A DNA stretch of 64,000 bases from Clostridiales bacterium UBA7273 (GTDB lineage: Bacteria > Bacillota > Clostridia > Oscillospirales > Oscillospiraceae): NCBI GenBank assembly GCA_002472405.1, contig DKRV01000032.1:3983-67982 (forward strand), given 5' to 3'. Positions 38,539 to 47,428 of the stretch are shown in pieces. Every line of letters starts with the position of its first letter. Within the stretch, counting starts at the first letter, position 1. A model generated the notes under the pieces. The model was not told the DNA's origin and made no database searches. It saw nothing but the letters and a program-made list of their open reading frames with translations. The translations under genes and the position numbers were made by a program.

Positions 38539-39417
38539 TCACTCAATATTCTGAATCTGCTCACGGATCTTTTCGATCTCGGATTTGAGGTCAACGACCG
38601 TGTGTGCAATATCGGAATTCTGGCACTTCGAGCCGGTAGTGTTAGCCTCGCGGTTAAACTCCTGAAGCAAAAAGTCGATCTTTCTGCCTATAGGAGAGCC
38701 TGTTTCAAGCATCTGACGGAGCTGAGATATATGACTGCGCAGGCGCACGGTCTCTTCATCAACGGCGATCTTGTCGGCAAATATCGCAGCCTCGGTGAGG
38801 ATACGGGATTCGTCTATACCTGATGAGCCAAGAACTTCGTTGAGCTTACCGAGAAGCCTTTCGCGATACTGCTCGACCGTAACGGGCGAGTTTTTCTCAA
38901 TCACCGAAACATAATTTTCTATATTCTCAAGCTTTGAAAGCACGTCGGCTTTGAGCTTTTCGCCCTCTACGATACGCATGCGGTCAAAGTCGCACAGCGC
39001 CTGCTCGGCAATAGCGCGCATACCCTCCGCCACAGCATCTGCGTCAAGCTCTTTTTTCTCGACCGAAAGCACGTCCGGAAGGCGGCTTACGTTCATAACG
39101 CTTGCGTCGTTTGCAAGCCCATACTTGTCCGCAATGGAGTTGAGCGCATCCAGGTATCCCTTCAAAAGCGGCTCGTTTACCCTTACGACCATGTCATCGG
39201 CCATCGAGCTGTCGATCGTCACGAAAACATCGACCTTGCCGCGGCTTATGTGCGAGCTTACGGCCTGCTTTATCGTTTCTTCGGCAAACAGAAAGCTGCG
39301 TGGCAATCTTATTGACGTGTCCAAAAACTTATTATTTACGCTTTTAAGCTCAACGCTAACTTCTATGCCCTCGACAGTGCCTTTTGCACTGCCGTAGCCA
39401 GTCATACTTTTAATCAT
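38539..39417 (-). CDS. yicC: YicC/YloC-family endoribonuclease (stress-induced protein)
   Basis: 292 aa beginning MIKSMTGYG, with a C-terminal DUF1732-like part ([12 protein letters not shown]). Confidence 0.88.
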   Translation of the reverse strand: MIKSMTGYGSAKGTVEGIEVSVELKSVNNKFLDTSIRLPRSFLFAEETIKQAVSSHISRGKVDVFVTIDSSMADDMVVRVNEPLLKGYLDALNSIADKYGLANDASVMNVSRLPDVLSVEKKELDADAVAEGMRAIAEQALCDFDRMRIVEGEKLKADVLSKLENIENYVSVIEKNSPVTVEQYRERLLGKLNEVLGSSGIDESRILTEAAIFADKIAVDEETVRLRSHISQLRQMLETGSPIGRKIDFLLQEFNREANTTGSKCQNSDIAHTVVDLKSEIEKIREQIQNIE

Positions 39418-39426
39418 TTTATCACC

Positions 39427-39834
39427 TCAACGCAGCTTGACTATCTCGAATTTTATGGGATTTTTTCGTTTGCTGCGGCGCTGATAAACTACGATCACCG
39501 CAACGGCGGCGCAGAAAGCTATAAAGCTGCAAAGCACGCTCATGCCCTCGCTCAGTCCGCAGCTAGCCGCGATTATATAGCCGATAACAAACACCAGCAT
39601 AGGAACGATATAAACAATGAATGCCGCGCCGAATATTCTGGAGCTGAGGCTTTCGATCACGACCTTTTCGCCCGGCTTTGCATGAACCGAGTTTTTGGCA
39701 AACGCTTTTATCTCATTCTGAAAAACACAGCTTTCACAATTGCCGCAGTTGCTTCCGCACGCCGTGCCGCGTGCTACGACGACCTCGGCCATGCCGTTAG
39801 GAAAAACCTTGGTGACCACTGCATCCTGAGTCAT
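39427..39834 (-). CDS. RseC/MucC-family (SoxR-reducing system) membrane protein
   Basis: 135 aa with an N-terminal beta domain carrying the Cys cluster ACGSNCGNCESC, followed by two TM helices. Confidence 0.65.
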   Translation of the reverse strand: MTQDAVVTKVFPNGMAEVVVARGTACGSNCGNCESCVFQNEIKAFAKNSVHAKPGEKVVIESLSSRIFGAAFIVYIVPMLVFVIGYIIAASCGLSEGMSVLCSFIAFCAAVAVIVVYQRRSKRKNPIKFEIVKLR

Positions 39835-39852
39835 TAGTAAAGACCTCCCGTC

Positions 39853-41112
39853 TTAATCCTTGTATATGGTGACAGTCACTCTCACATCGCCTACCGCACC
39901 AACGTTATCGTGCCCGGCAACAGAGACCTTAGCATTGACTATTATCTGTCCGGTCGTCGAACCGTAATCGGACAAATCGGCAACGACTGTGATGTCCTCG
40001 GGCTTAATTCTGTTGAGCGCATCCTGGCTCAGCGCACGGAGTGTAACTTCGATCTCCTTGGTATCGATAGTTGCATGATAACCGTTGGAAACGCCCTTAC
40101 ATGCGATGTTAGACGTTGTAAATGTCTTAGTGTGCGATCCGTTTACCTCCACGGTCACCTTTGCATCTGAAACGCCGGTCAGGTTCTGGACACCATCGGG
40201 AAGCTCAATTGCGAACGTGTGCTCATATCCGCTGCTGAACGAGGAAAGGTCGATCGTTCCAATCTCGATACTTTCCATATCGTCAATAATTCTCGAATCT
40301 CCGGCAACCTTTATGCTGCTCGGATCGATCGTGACATCACAATCGTTTTCGGTTATGCCTCCGCCGGATATAAATCGCACATTGAGCGGCAACTCTTTGG
40401 TTTTGAGTATCGGCTGGGTCGCCGTGACGGTCTCTTCCGAGAGACGCAGACCATCCTTCGGGATAATGTTATCGTTCTTATCGCGCAGCGTAAACTCCGC
40501 TTCCTCGACATAGGCAGAGTCAATGGTCTGATTCTTGCCGAACTCGACCCATACATGGTCTATCTTGTTTATTATCTCCTCCGGCCCGTCAATCGTGAGT
40601 GTTTTGGGATCAAAAACAAATTCCTCGGCTACGCAGCCCTCGGCAATGGTCCCTTCAAAGCTGCCCTTAATATCGACCGTTTTGCTGCCGTTTTTGATAA
40701 CGGTGAAATTGATAGTATCTGGGTTTTTGCGCACAACGCTTATCTCGTTTTCATTGACATAGTTCGGAAAAACGAGCTTGTATGTCCATGTCATATTATT
40801 CGGCGCAGTTATGCTGCTTACGTCGATAACAGCCTTAATGTCCGAGGCTTTGAGCTTAGATATAGTGCTGCGGTTTCCTTTAACAACGATGCTCACGGAA
40901 TCCGCGCTGACATCGGTTATTGACAGATTTCTCTCGCTCAGCAGCTCCTCCTGGCCCTGGAACTCAATTTGAATGCCCGTGAAGGTCAGATTCTTATCGG
41001 TCGTATCCTGGCTGGTAACATATGCCCACATCATAAGTGAACACAGCAGCGATACGATCATCCAGAATACCTTGCTGTCGTATATTTTCTTAGTTCTTTT
41101 TTTCTGTTCCAT
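39853..41112 (-). CDS. cdaR: YbbR-domain protein CdaR (diadenylate cyclase regulator)
   Basis: 419 aa with an N-terminal TM helix followed by four YbbR-like beta repeats. It overlaps the cdaA 3' end by 23 nt. Confidence 0.8.
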   Translation of the reverse strand: MEQKKRTKKIYDSKVFWMIVSLLCSLMMWAYVTSQDTTDKNLTFTGIQIEFQGQEELLSERNLSITDVSADSVSIVVKGNRSTISKLKASDIKAVIDVSSITAPNNMTWTYKLVFPNYVNENEISVVRKNPDTINFTVIKNGSKTVDIKGSFEGTIAEGCVAEEFVFDPKTLTIDGPEEIINKIDHVWVEFGKNQTIDSAYVEEAEFTLRDKNDNIIPKDGLRLSEETVTATQPILKTKELPLNVRFISGGGITENDCDVTIDPSSIKVAGDSRIIDDMESIEIGTIDLSSFSSGYEHTFAIELPDGVQNLTGVSDAKVTVEVNGSHTKTFTTSNIACKGVSNGYHATIDTKEIEVTLRALSQDALNRIKPEDITVVADLSDYGSTTGQIIVNAKVSVAGHDNVGAVGDVRVTVTIYKD

Positions 41113-41983
41113 CTTTGTTCACCTTATGCTTATCAAAAAAACGAGAAAAAACTTCAGCTGCGGTACTCTTCTTTGTTTCTTCAACCACCAGCTCTTTACG
41201 CAGGATCTGTTCGAGCATGGCAACGGAGAGGTTGCGCTTGAGCATACCCTCAATGGCGACGGATATGCCGCCGGTTTCTTCAGAAACGATGACGGTTATT
41301 GCGTCGGAAATCTCGCTTGCGCCGATTCCCGCGCGGTGGCGCATGCCAAGATCCTTGCTCAGGTTAGTCTTGGCCGTAAGCGGAAGCACACAGCCTGCGG
41401 CCGCTATACGAAAGTTTCGGATAATAAGCGCACCGTCATGCAGTGGAGCCTTAGGATAAAATATGTTTTTCAAAAGCTCGGCGGTTATATCAGCATTTAT
41501 GATCGTGCCGGTTGTCATTATATCACTGAGCTTCATGTTGCGCTCGAAGATGATAAGCGCGCCGGTCTTTGTTTTTGACATCTGCTCGCAGGCCAAAACC
41601 GTCTGCGTTATGGCAGACTCAGCCTTGCTCGTTATCTGAGTTTTTGGCGAAAAGATGCCGTAAAAGTCCTTACTGCCCATTCTTGAAAGCAGTTTTCTGA
41701 GCTCGGGCTGGAATATGATAACCAAGGCTATAAGCCCTATCTCGACCGCTTTGCGCAGGATAAAGTTAATCATCGTCAGATTGAACACCGACGGTCCCGA
41801 CAGCCAAAGGAAGATAAGCAGCAGAAGTATTCCCTTTGCGAGGTTATATGAGCTTGTCTTGCGCACAAGATCTATGACCTTGTAAAACAAATAAGCGACG
41901 ATAAGGATGTCGATGACATCCCAAAAGCTTATTGTCGAGAGGTAATTGAGCATTCTCAAAAAGTAACTCGAAAAGTCCTGCAT
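41090..41983 (-). CDS. cdaA: diadenylate cyclase CdaA
   Basis: ORF 41090..41995 begins with a non-ATG codon, so the ATG at Met5 (MQDFSSY) with GGGGA 5 nt upstream is preferred. It has three N-terminal TM helices and DAC-domain motifs DGALII, GMRHRAG and VIVSEETG. Confidence 0.9.
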   Translation of the reverse strand: MQDFSSYFLRMLNYLSTISFWDVIDILIVAYLFYKVIDLVRKTSSYNLAKGILLLLIFLWLSGPSVFNLTMINFILRKAVEIGLIALVIIFQPELRKLLSRMGSKDFYGIFSPKTQITSKAESAITQTVLACEQMSKTKTGALIIFERNMKLSDIMTTGTIINADITAELLKNIFYPKAPLHDGALIIRNFRIAAAGCVLPLTAKTNLSKDLGMRHRAGIGASEISDAITVIVSEETGGISVAIEGMLKRNLSVAMLEQILRKELVVEETKKSTAAEVFSRFFDKHKVNKDGTEKKN

Positions 41984-42053
41984 TATAATCCCCAATCGTA
42001 TTTTCTGCGGACTGCGGGCGCAGTCCGCTCTTTGCTGTATTTTTAATCACTAT

Positions 42054-42082
42054 ATTATATAATATATACGGCCAAAAGGCAA
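42054..42082 (-). promoter_or_regulatory. candidate sigma-A promoter for cdaA operon
   Basis: The minus strand reads TTGCCT-17 nt-TATAAT, about 70 nt upstream of the cdaA ATG. Confidence 0.5.
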
Positions 42083-42093
42083 TTAAATATTAA

Positions 42094-43215
42094 TTAAATT
42101 TCTCCGTTTGCTATCTTTTCTATGACGGTGCAGGCATGAATTACCTGGCGACGCTGCGTAAACGGCGAAAAGCTGATGCGCACAGTGCCGGTTTTGTCGG
42201 TCCCAACAGTTTTATGCGCAAGCGGCGCGCAGTGAAGTCCGCATCTTGCGGCAATTCCGTGCGAGCCGAGCTTTTCGCAAAAGGCCTCACAATCAATGGA
42301 AGCGTGCCTGAATGAGAGCACACCGGCCTGAACTCCTGCTTTTCCGCAGAACACTTCAAGCGACGGAACGCGGCTTAGGCGTTCTGCCGCAGTGCCGCAA
42401 AGCTCAGCTTCATAGCCGCCGATTTTATTCACGCCTTTGCCGAGAACGTATCTTATTCCCTCACACAGACCGGATATTCCGACAACGTTATGTGTTCCGG
42501 CCTCGGCTCTGTCCGGCAGATATTCCGGCATACTCTGAATGATGCTTTCCGAGCCAGTTCCGCCGCTTATAAGCGGTGCCGGCTGTGCTTTGCAAAGGAG
42601 TATGCCTGTTCCCTGTGGTCCGAGCAGTCCCTTGTGCCCCGGCATCGCTATGAAGTCTGCATTAAGCCTCTCCGCGTCCAGCTCTTCAATGCCGGCTGAC
42701 TGCGATGCGTCGATAATAAGCGGTACACCGAAGCGGCTGCATATCTCCGATATTTCATACACCGGCTGAATAAAGCCGAAAACGTTTGAGACATGATTAC
42801 ACACGACAAGATCAGCACCCGGAATTTTTTCTTCAAATGCTGCCAGAGCGCTGTTTCGGTCAAAAAGCCTGCCTGCCGCAACTGATACTTTCGCGCCGGC
42901 TTCATGCAGCGGCCGGGTAACTGAATTGTGCTCATATCCCGATATAACGACTCGGCTTTCTCTCCGTGCAAGCGTTTTTATCGCAATATTCAAAGCGTGA
43001 GTCGCATTCAGCGTGAAAACGACATGCTCCGGCTTATCGAAATTAAACAGTCTGCACGCAAGCTCCCTGCATTCATAGACTTTATCCGCAGCGAGCATTG
43101 CCGCGTTGTACGCTCCCCTGCCGGGGCTTGACATGGTGTCCATAGCGTACATCATAGCCGCTTTGACGCCCGGCGGCTTCAAAAAGCTCGTCGCTGCTGA
43201 GTCGAGATAGATCAT
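42094..43215 (-). CDS. cysteine desulfurase-family class V aminotransferase
   Basis: 373 aa beginning MIYLDSAATSF, with a PLP-lysine region (MPGHKGLLGPQG) and a C-terminal active-site-like Cys (RCGLHCAP). Confidence 0.8.
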   Translation of the reverse strand: MIYLDSAATSFLKPPGVKAAMMYAMDTMSSPGRGAYNAAMLAADKVYECRELACRLFNFDKPEHVVFTLNATHALNIAIKTLARRESRVVISGYEHNSVTRPLHEAGAKVSVAAGRLFDRNSALAAFEEKIPGADLVVCNHVSNVFGFIQPVYEISEICSRFGVPLIIDASQSAGIEELDAERLNADFIAMPGHKGLLGPQGTGILLCKAQPAPLISGGTGSESIIQSMPEYLPDRAEAGTHNVVGISGLCEGIRYVLGKGVNKIGGYEAELCGTAAERLSRVPSLEVFCGKAGVQAGVLSFRHASIDCEAFCEKLGSHGIAARCGLHCAPLAHKTVGTDKTGTVRISFSPFTQRRQVIHACTVIEKIANGEI

Positions 43216-43463
43216 AAGATCACCTCGGTATGGCTTCCGTCATCACGCTGCAGGAACACCTTGCCCTGCAAAAGTCCCTCGCGGTGCAGAACTCCTGCTG
43301 CCGCAGTTCCTTTCATATATGAAACGCTGACACTGTAGCTGCATCCGCTGCCGCTAAGCCCGGCCGGAGCTTTTTTGACGGACGCCGATATCGCGTTTTT
43401 TTCAAGCATCCGAGCCGCAGACTGGGCATACGTCAGCGACCGACACATAAATACATAGCGCAT
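43212..43463 (-). CDS. DUF3343-like small protein (putative S/Se carrier partner)
   Basis: 83 aa with the pattern VFMCRSLTYAQSAARMLEKNAISASVKKAPAGLSGSGCSYSVSV, as in DUF3343. Its stop overlaps the desulfurase start (ATGA). Confidence 0.6.
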   Translation of the reverse strand: MRYVFMCRSLTYAQSAARMLEKNAISASVKKAPAGLSGSGCSYSVSVSYMKGTAAAGVLHREGLLQGKVFLQRDDGSHTEVIL

Positions 43464-43514
43464 AATTGACCCCTTCTTTTTTGCTACATCTTATGCGCCG
43501 TGGGGCTTGACGGT

Positions 43515-43548
43515 TAAAATTATCAGGCAGCCGGAATAGCTGCCTGAT
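43515..43548 (-). terminator. rho-independent terminator after ispF
   Basis: The minus strand reads ATCAGGCAG-loop-CTGCCTGAT followed by AATTTTA, starting 5 nt after the ispF stop. Confidence 0.65.
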
Positions 43549-43552
43549 ATGA

Positions 43553-44023
43553 TCAGTTTATGAGTACGACCGCGTGCGCTGCAATACCGAGTCCCTCGCC
43601 GGTGAAGCCGAGGTGCTCCTCGGTGGTCGCTTTCACGCTAACGGCATCAAGCTCAACGCCCATGGCCGAGGCCAGCACCCGGCGCATACTCTCAATATGC
43701 GGCTTGAGCTTCGGACGCTGGGCAATGACCGTGCAGTCGACATTTACTACTCCGTAGCCCTTATCGTGCAGCAAGCGTGCAACGGTTTTCAGAAGCTCAA
43801 TGCTGTCTGCGCCGAGGTACGCGTCGTCATTATCAGGAAAGAGACCGCCAATATCGCCAAGGGCGGCCGCGCCGAGCAGCGCATCCATGAGCGCATGCGT
43901 CAAAACGTCGGCGTCGGAATGGCCGAGCAAGCCTTTATCATACGGTATTTCAACACCTCCGAGAATCAACTTTCGTCCCTCGACGAGCTTATGAACGTCA
44001 TAGCCGTGTCCGATGCGCATCAT
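43553..44023 (-). CDS. ispF: 2-C-methyl-D-erythritol 2,4-cyclodiphosphate synthase
   Basis: 156 aa beginning [12 protein letters not shown], with GHSDADV and the remainder of the IspF pattern. Confidence 0.95.
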   Translation of the reverse strand: MMRIGHGYDVHKLVEGRKLILGGVEIPYDKGLLGHSDADVLTHALMDALLGAAALGDIGGLFPDNDDAYLGADSIELLKTVARLLHDKGYGVVNVDCTVIAQRPKLKPHIESMRRVLASAMGVELDAVSVKATTEEHLGFTGEGLGIAAHAVVLIN

Positions 44024-44754
44024 TTGCCGCTCCTTTCAGAGAGGATACCCTCGGCAATGTACAGGTCGCGAGCGGTAGTGAGCTTTATATTATCCGGATC
44101 ACCGGCGACTATCGTGACCTTGTATCCCATTGCTTCGACTGCCGAGCAGTCATCGGTAAGCTTAATGCCTTTCTGCTGCGCGCGTGTCAAGGCTGCCTTT
44201 ATCATCTCGGTCATGAACACCTGCGGTGTCTGCATAAGCGCAACGAGATCACGCGACGGAGTTTCGACTACCGCGCCCTTTGCGTTCAGAATGCGCACAG
44301 TATCGGTTGCTGACACGGCAGGCGCCGATGCACCGTGCTGATGCGCAGAGTGAACGGCGCGCTCAATGAGGCTGTTTGTGACAAACGGCCTTGCTCCGTC
44401 GTGTATAGCAATGTATTTTGCCCTTTCATCGGCATTACTTACGCCGATGAGTGATGATTCAAGCCTTGTCTTGCCGCCGACAACGACCTTGCTTGCCTTG
44501 CTTATGCCGTGGTCATTGCATATATCCGCAAGCTCCTGGAGGCTTTCATATTTTGTGACAACAACGATCTCGTCGATGCACTCGGCGCTTTGCAGCGCCT
44601 TAAGCGTGTGCGCAATTACAGGCGCTCCGCCGAGCGGCATGAGGATCTTATCCTTACCCATGCGCTGCGAATTTCCGGCTGCAAGCACGACCGCAGTGCA
44701 AAAATCATCATTTGATTTCGATTTGAACAGTTTATTTATAAACGACACGTCCAT
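44020..44754 (-). CDS. ispD: 2-C-methyl-D-erythritol 4-phosphate cytidylyltransferase
   Basis: 244 aa with [23 protein letters not shown] and VEAMG motifs. It overlaps ispF by 4 nt. Confidence 0.92.
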   Translation of the reverse strand: MDVSFINKLFKSKSNDDFCTAVVLAAGNSQRMGKDKILMPLGGAPVIAHTLKALQSAECIDEIVVVTKYESLQELADICNDHGISKASKVVVGGKTRLESSLIGVSNADERAKYIAIHDGARPFVTNSLIERAVHSAHQHGASAPAVSATDTVRILNAKGAVVETPSRDLVALMQTPQVFMTEMIKAALTRAQQKGIKLTDDCSAVEAMGYKVTIVAGDPDNIKLTTARDLYIAEGILSERSGK

Positions 44755-45236
44755 TACCTCTCTTCAAGTGCGGCACACAGTCTTTTTTCCACACCGTCAT
44801 AATCCATATTCGTTGCAATCACAAGCTCGGATATGAGTATCTGCTTTGCAGAGTGCAGCATCTTGCGCTCGCCGGTGGAAAGTCCGCGCTCACTGTCGCG
44901 GCACATGAGACCTTTGACAACGGACGCAACATCTAAAAGATTGCCGCTTTTTATCTTATCCATATTTTCTCGATAGCGCTTATTCCAATTCTGAGTCATG
45001 GAAATCTCGATTTCAGAAAAAGCGCTGAACAGTTTTTCGGCCTCGCTGCGTGATATTATCGAGCGCACGCCGATATCCTCGCAGCCGGAGACAGGCACCA
45101 TAACGACCATATCACCGACCGGGAGCTTAAGGACATAGTAGTCCCGCTGCGAGCCGTTAATTTTTTTCGTCATTATACTCTCAATAACGCCTGCGCCGTG
45201 CATCGGATGTGCAATGTAATCGCCAATCTTGAACAA
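44754..45236 (-). CDS. carD: CarD/CdnL-family RNA polymerase-binding transcription regulator
   Basis: 160 aa beginning MFKIGDYIAHPMHGAGVIE, with YYVLKLPV. The start is TTG, with AGGAGG 8 nt upstream. Confidence 0.88.
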   Translation of the reverse strand: MFKIGDYIAHPMHGAGVIESIMTKKINGSQRDYYVLKLPVGDMVVMVPVSGCEDIGVRSIISRSEAEKLFSAFSEIEISMTQNWNKRYRENMDKIKSGNLLDVASVVKGLMCRDSERGLSTGERKMLHSAKQILISELVIATNMDYDGVEKRLCAALEER

Positions 45237-45276
45237 GACTACTCCTCCTTAGACTCTTTTATTATATTTTAATATA

Positions 45277-45305
45277 ATTATACACAAATTGTTGAATTTT
45301 TGCAA
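45277..45305 (-). promoter_or_regulatory. candidate sigma-A promoter for carD-ispD-ispF
   Basis: The minus strand reads TTGCAA-17 nt-TATAAT, about 40 nt upstream of the carD TTG. A nested palindrome overlaps it (see findings). Confidence 0.5.
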
Positions 45306-45336
45306 GGAAATTAACGAGTTTTCCTTGATAATTCAA

Positions 45337-45370
45337 CGAAAATAGCCTGCCGCATATGCGACAGGCTATT
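45337..45370 (-). terminator. rho-independent terminator after ispH-S1
   Basis: The minus strand reads AATAGCCTG-tcgcatatgcg-GCAGGCTATT followed by TTCG, about 18 nt after the stop. Confidence 0.65.
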
Positions 45371-45388
45371 ACAGACTGTAAAACTGTA

Positions 45389-47428
45389 TTACTTTTCGAC
45401 TATCTCGCCCTTGACTTCGCCATTGGTGGATACTTCGTAGACAAGTGCGTCCTCGCCATTGTCCTCAACCTCAGGAGCTTCTTCAACTTCTGCTGCTGCA
45501 GGCTCTGCAAGTGCACGGATGGACAGGGAGATCTTGTGATTCTCGGTGTCGATAGCAGTGATCTTTGCCTCGACAACATCGCCGACAGAGAGGACCTCTT
45601 CGGGCTTGCCGATGCGGCGGTTTGCGATCTGAGAAATGTGGATAAGGCCGTCAACGCCGGGCAGGACTTCTGCAAATGCACCGAAGGTCATGAGCTTTAC
45701 AATCTTGACCTCAGCGGTATCGCCGACATTGTAGTTGGTGGTAAACTTGACCCAGGGATTCTCGTTGGGATCCTTATAACCGAGGGAGATCTTTTTCTTC
45801 TCCTTGTCGAAGCTGATGACATAGACATCGACCTCGTCGCCGATATTGAATACTTCGGCAGGATTCTTGATGCGGCTCCAGCTCATCTCGGAGACGTGAA
45901 CCATACCATCGATGCCGCCGATATCGACGAATGCACCGTAGCTGGTCATGGACTTTACGACACCGTGATACTTATTGCCGACCTCCATCTCGTTCCAGAT
46001 AGCCTCAGCCTTCTCGCGGCGCTCTTTCTGAGCGACGGCACGGATGGAACCGACAACGCGCTTGCGGCTGCGGTTGACCTCGGTGATCTTAACGCGGACC
46101 TTCTGCTTGAGCAGCTGGTTCATGTCGGCCTCCTTGGGCAGGCCGGACTGGGATGCGGGAACGAATACGCGAACGCCCTTGACGTTAACAACTACGCCGC
46201 CCTTGTTGATCTCGGTAACGGTGCCTTCGAGGAACTCGCCGCTCTCAACTGCTTCTTCGACCATCGTCCAGCTCTTTGCGGCATCAAGACGCTTCTTGGA
46301 GAGCATAACGGTGCCTTCGACATCGTTAACGCGGACAACAACTGCTTCGATGGTATCACCGACCTTGACAGCGTCTTCGACCTTGATGCCGTCATCGGTA
46401 AACTCGGTGGTGGGAATGAAGCCAGAATACTTGGTGCCGATATCGACACTGACTTCAGTGCCGGTAATAGCAACGACATAGCCGGTTACCTTATCTCCAT
46501 TATATATAGTCTTGATGGATTCCTCCAGCATTTCGTCGAAGGACATCTCCTTCTCTTCTGCCGGGATTGCATCAGTTTTGATTTCTTCGCTCATCGTGTT
46601 ACTTACCTCCTTAATTATCCACGCAGGCGTGGACGCTCCTGCCGTGATTCCGACGGTATCGGCGCTTTTGAGCCTGTCCATGTCCAGCTCACCGGCATTT
46701 TCGATAAACTGAACGTTCGGACAAACCTCGCTGCATATCACCGAAAGGTGGACGCTGTTTGCGCTGTGTTTTCCACCTATAACGACCATTGCATCGCACT
46801 CTGCCGCCAATTTTGCGGCTTCTTCCTGACGCATGGATGTTGCACCACATATTGTATCAAAGATTTGAAGATTTGTACATCTTTTTTTTAAGAAACTTGC
46901 ACATTCGGTAAAATTACTACGAGTTTGGGTCGTTTGGACTACCATCGTTATCGGTTTAGTCAACAATTTGCCGAATTTTCCGTACCACTCTTCCAATTCG
47001 GCGGCATTTTCGCATATCACGCAGTCGCCGCACCAGCCTTTTACGGCCTCGACCTCGGGGTGATCGTGCATTCCGATGATGACTACAAATCTTCCGTCCT
47101 CCTGTGCCTTGCGGACAAGCTCATGTATGCGCTTTACCTTCGGACATGTTGCGTCCGTTATGTCTGCGCCGCGCTCTTCGAGCTGAGCGTACACCGCCTT
47201 CGACACACCATGCGAGCGTATCATGACTCTTGCACCGGCCGGCAGCTCATCGGGAGAATTTACAACCTTAAGCCCTTGATCTTCAAATTTTCGCACAACA
47301 TCGTCATTGTGTATAAGCTGGCCGAGCGAATACGCGCTGCCGTTTTCAAGAAGCTGCTGCGCCATTTCCACCGATCGGCTGACACCAAAGCAGAAACCGG
47401 CACTTTTTGCAACGATAAAATTTTTCAT
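45389..47428 (-). CDS. ispH: bifunctional 4-hydroxy-3-methylbut-2-enyl diphosphate reductase (IspH) / ribosomal protein S1-like (four S1 domains)
   Basis: 679 aa. Residues 1 to about 285 are IspH/LytB (GFCFGV, three-Cys Fe-S pattern). The rest is four tandem S1 OB-fold repeats (e.g. GVVKSMTSYGAFVDIGGIDGMVHVSEMS). It is one uninterrupted frame. Confidence 0.9.
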   Translation of the reverse strand: MKNFIVAKSAGFCFGVSRSVEMAQQLLENGSAYSLGQLIHNDDVVRKFEDQGLKVVNSPDELPAGARVMIRSHGVSKAVYAQLEERGADITDATCPKVKRIHELVRKAQEDGRFVVIIGMHDHPEVEAVKGWCGDCVICENAAELEEWYGKFGKLLTKPITMVVQTTQTRSNFTECASFLKKRCTNLQIFDTICGATSMRQEEAAKLAAECDAMVVIGGKHSANSVHLSVICSEVCPNVQFIENAGELDMDRLKSADTVGITAGASTPAWIIKEVSNTMSEEIKTDAIPAEEKEMSFDEMLEESIKTIYNGDKVTGYVVAITGTEVSVDIGTKYSGFIPTTEFTDDGIKVEDAVKVGDTIEAVVVRVNDVEGTVMLSKKRLDAAKSWTMVEEAVESGEFLEGTVTEINKGGVVVNVKGVRVFVPASQSGLPKEADMNQLLKQKVRVKITEVNRSRKRVVGSIRAVAQKERREKAEAIWNEMEVGNKYHGVVKSMTSYGAFVDIGGIDGMVHVSEMSWSRIKNPAEVFNIGDEVDVYVISFDKEKKKISLGYKDPNENPWVKFTTNYNVGDTAEVKIVKLMTFGAFAEVLPGVDGLIHISQIANRRIGKPEEVLSVGDVVEAKITAIDTENHKISLSIRALAEPAAAEVEEAPEVEDNGEDALVYEVSTNGEVKGEIVEK

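Noticed and set aside
45356-46891. A 511-aa plus-strand ORF, the longest plus-strand frame in the window.
   Set aside because: It lies entirely antisense to the well-supported IspH-S1 gene. Its translation is low-complexity (D/L/G/A-rich) with no recognisable motifs and no RBS. It is a typical shadow ORF of a repetitive, GC3-biased gene.
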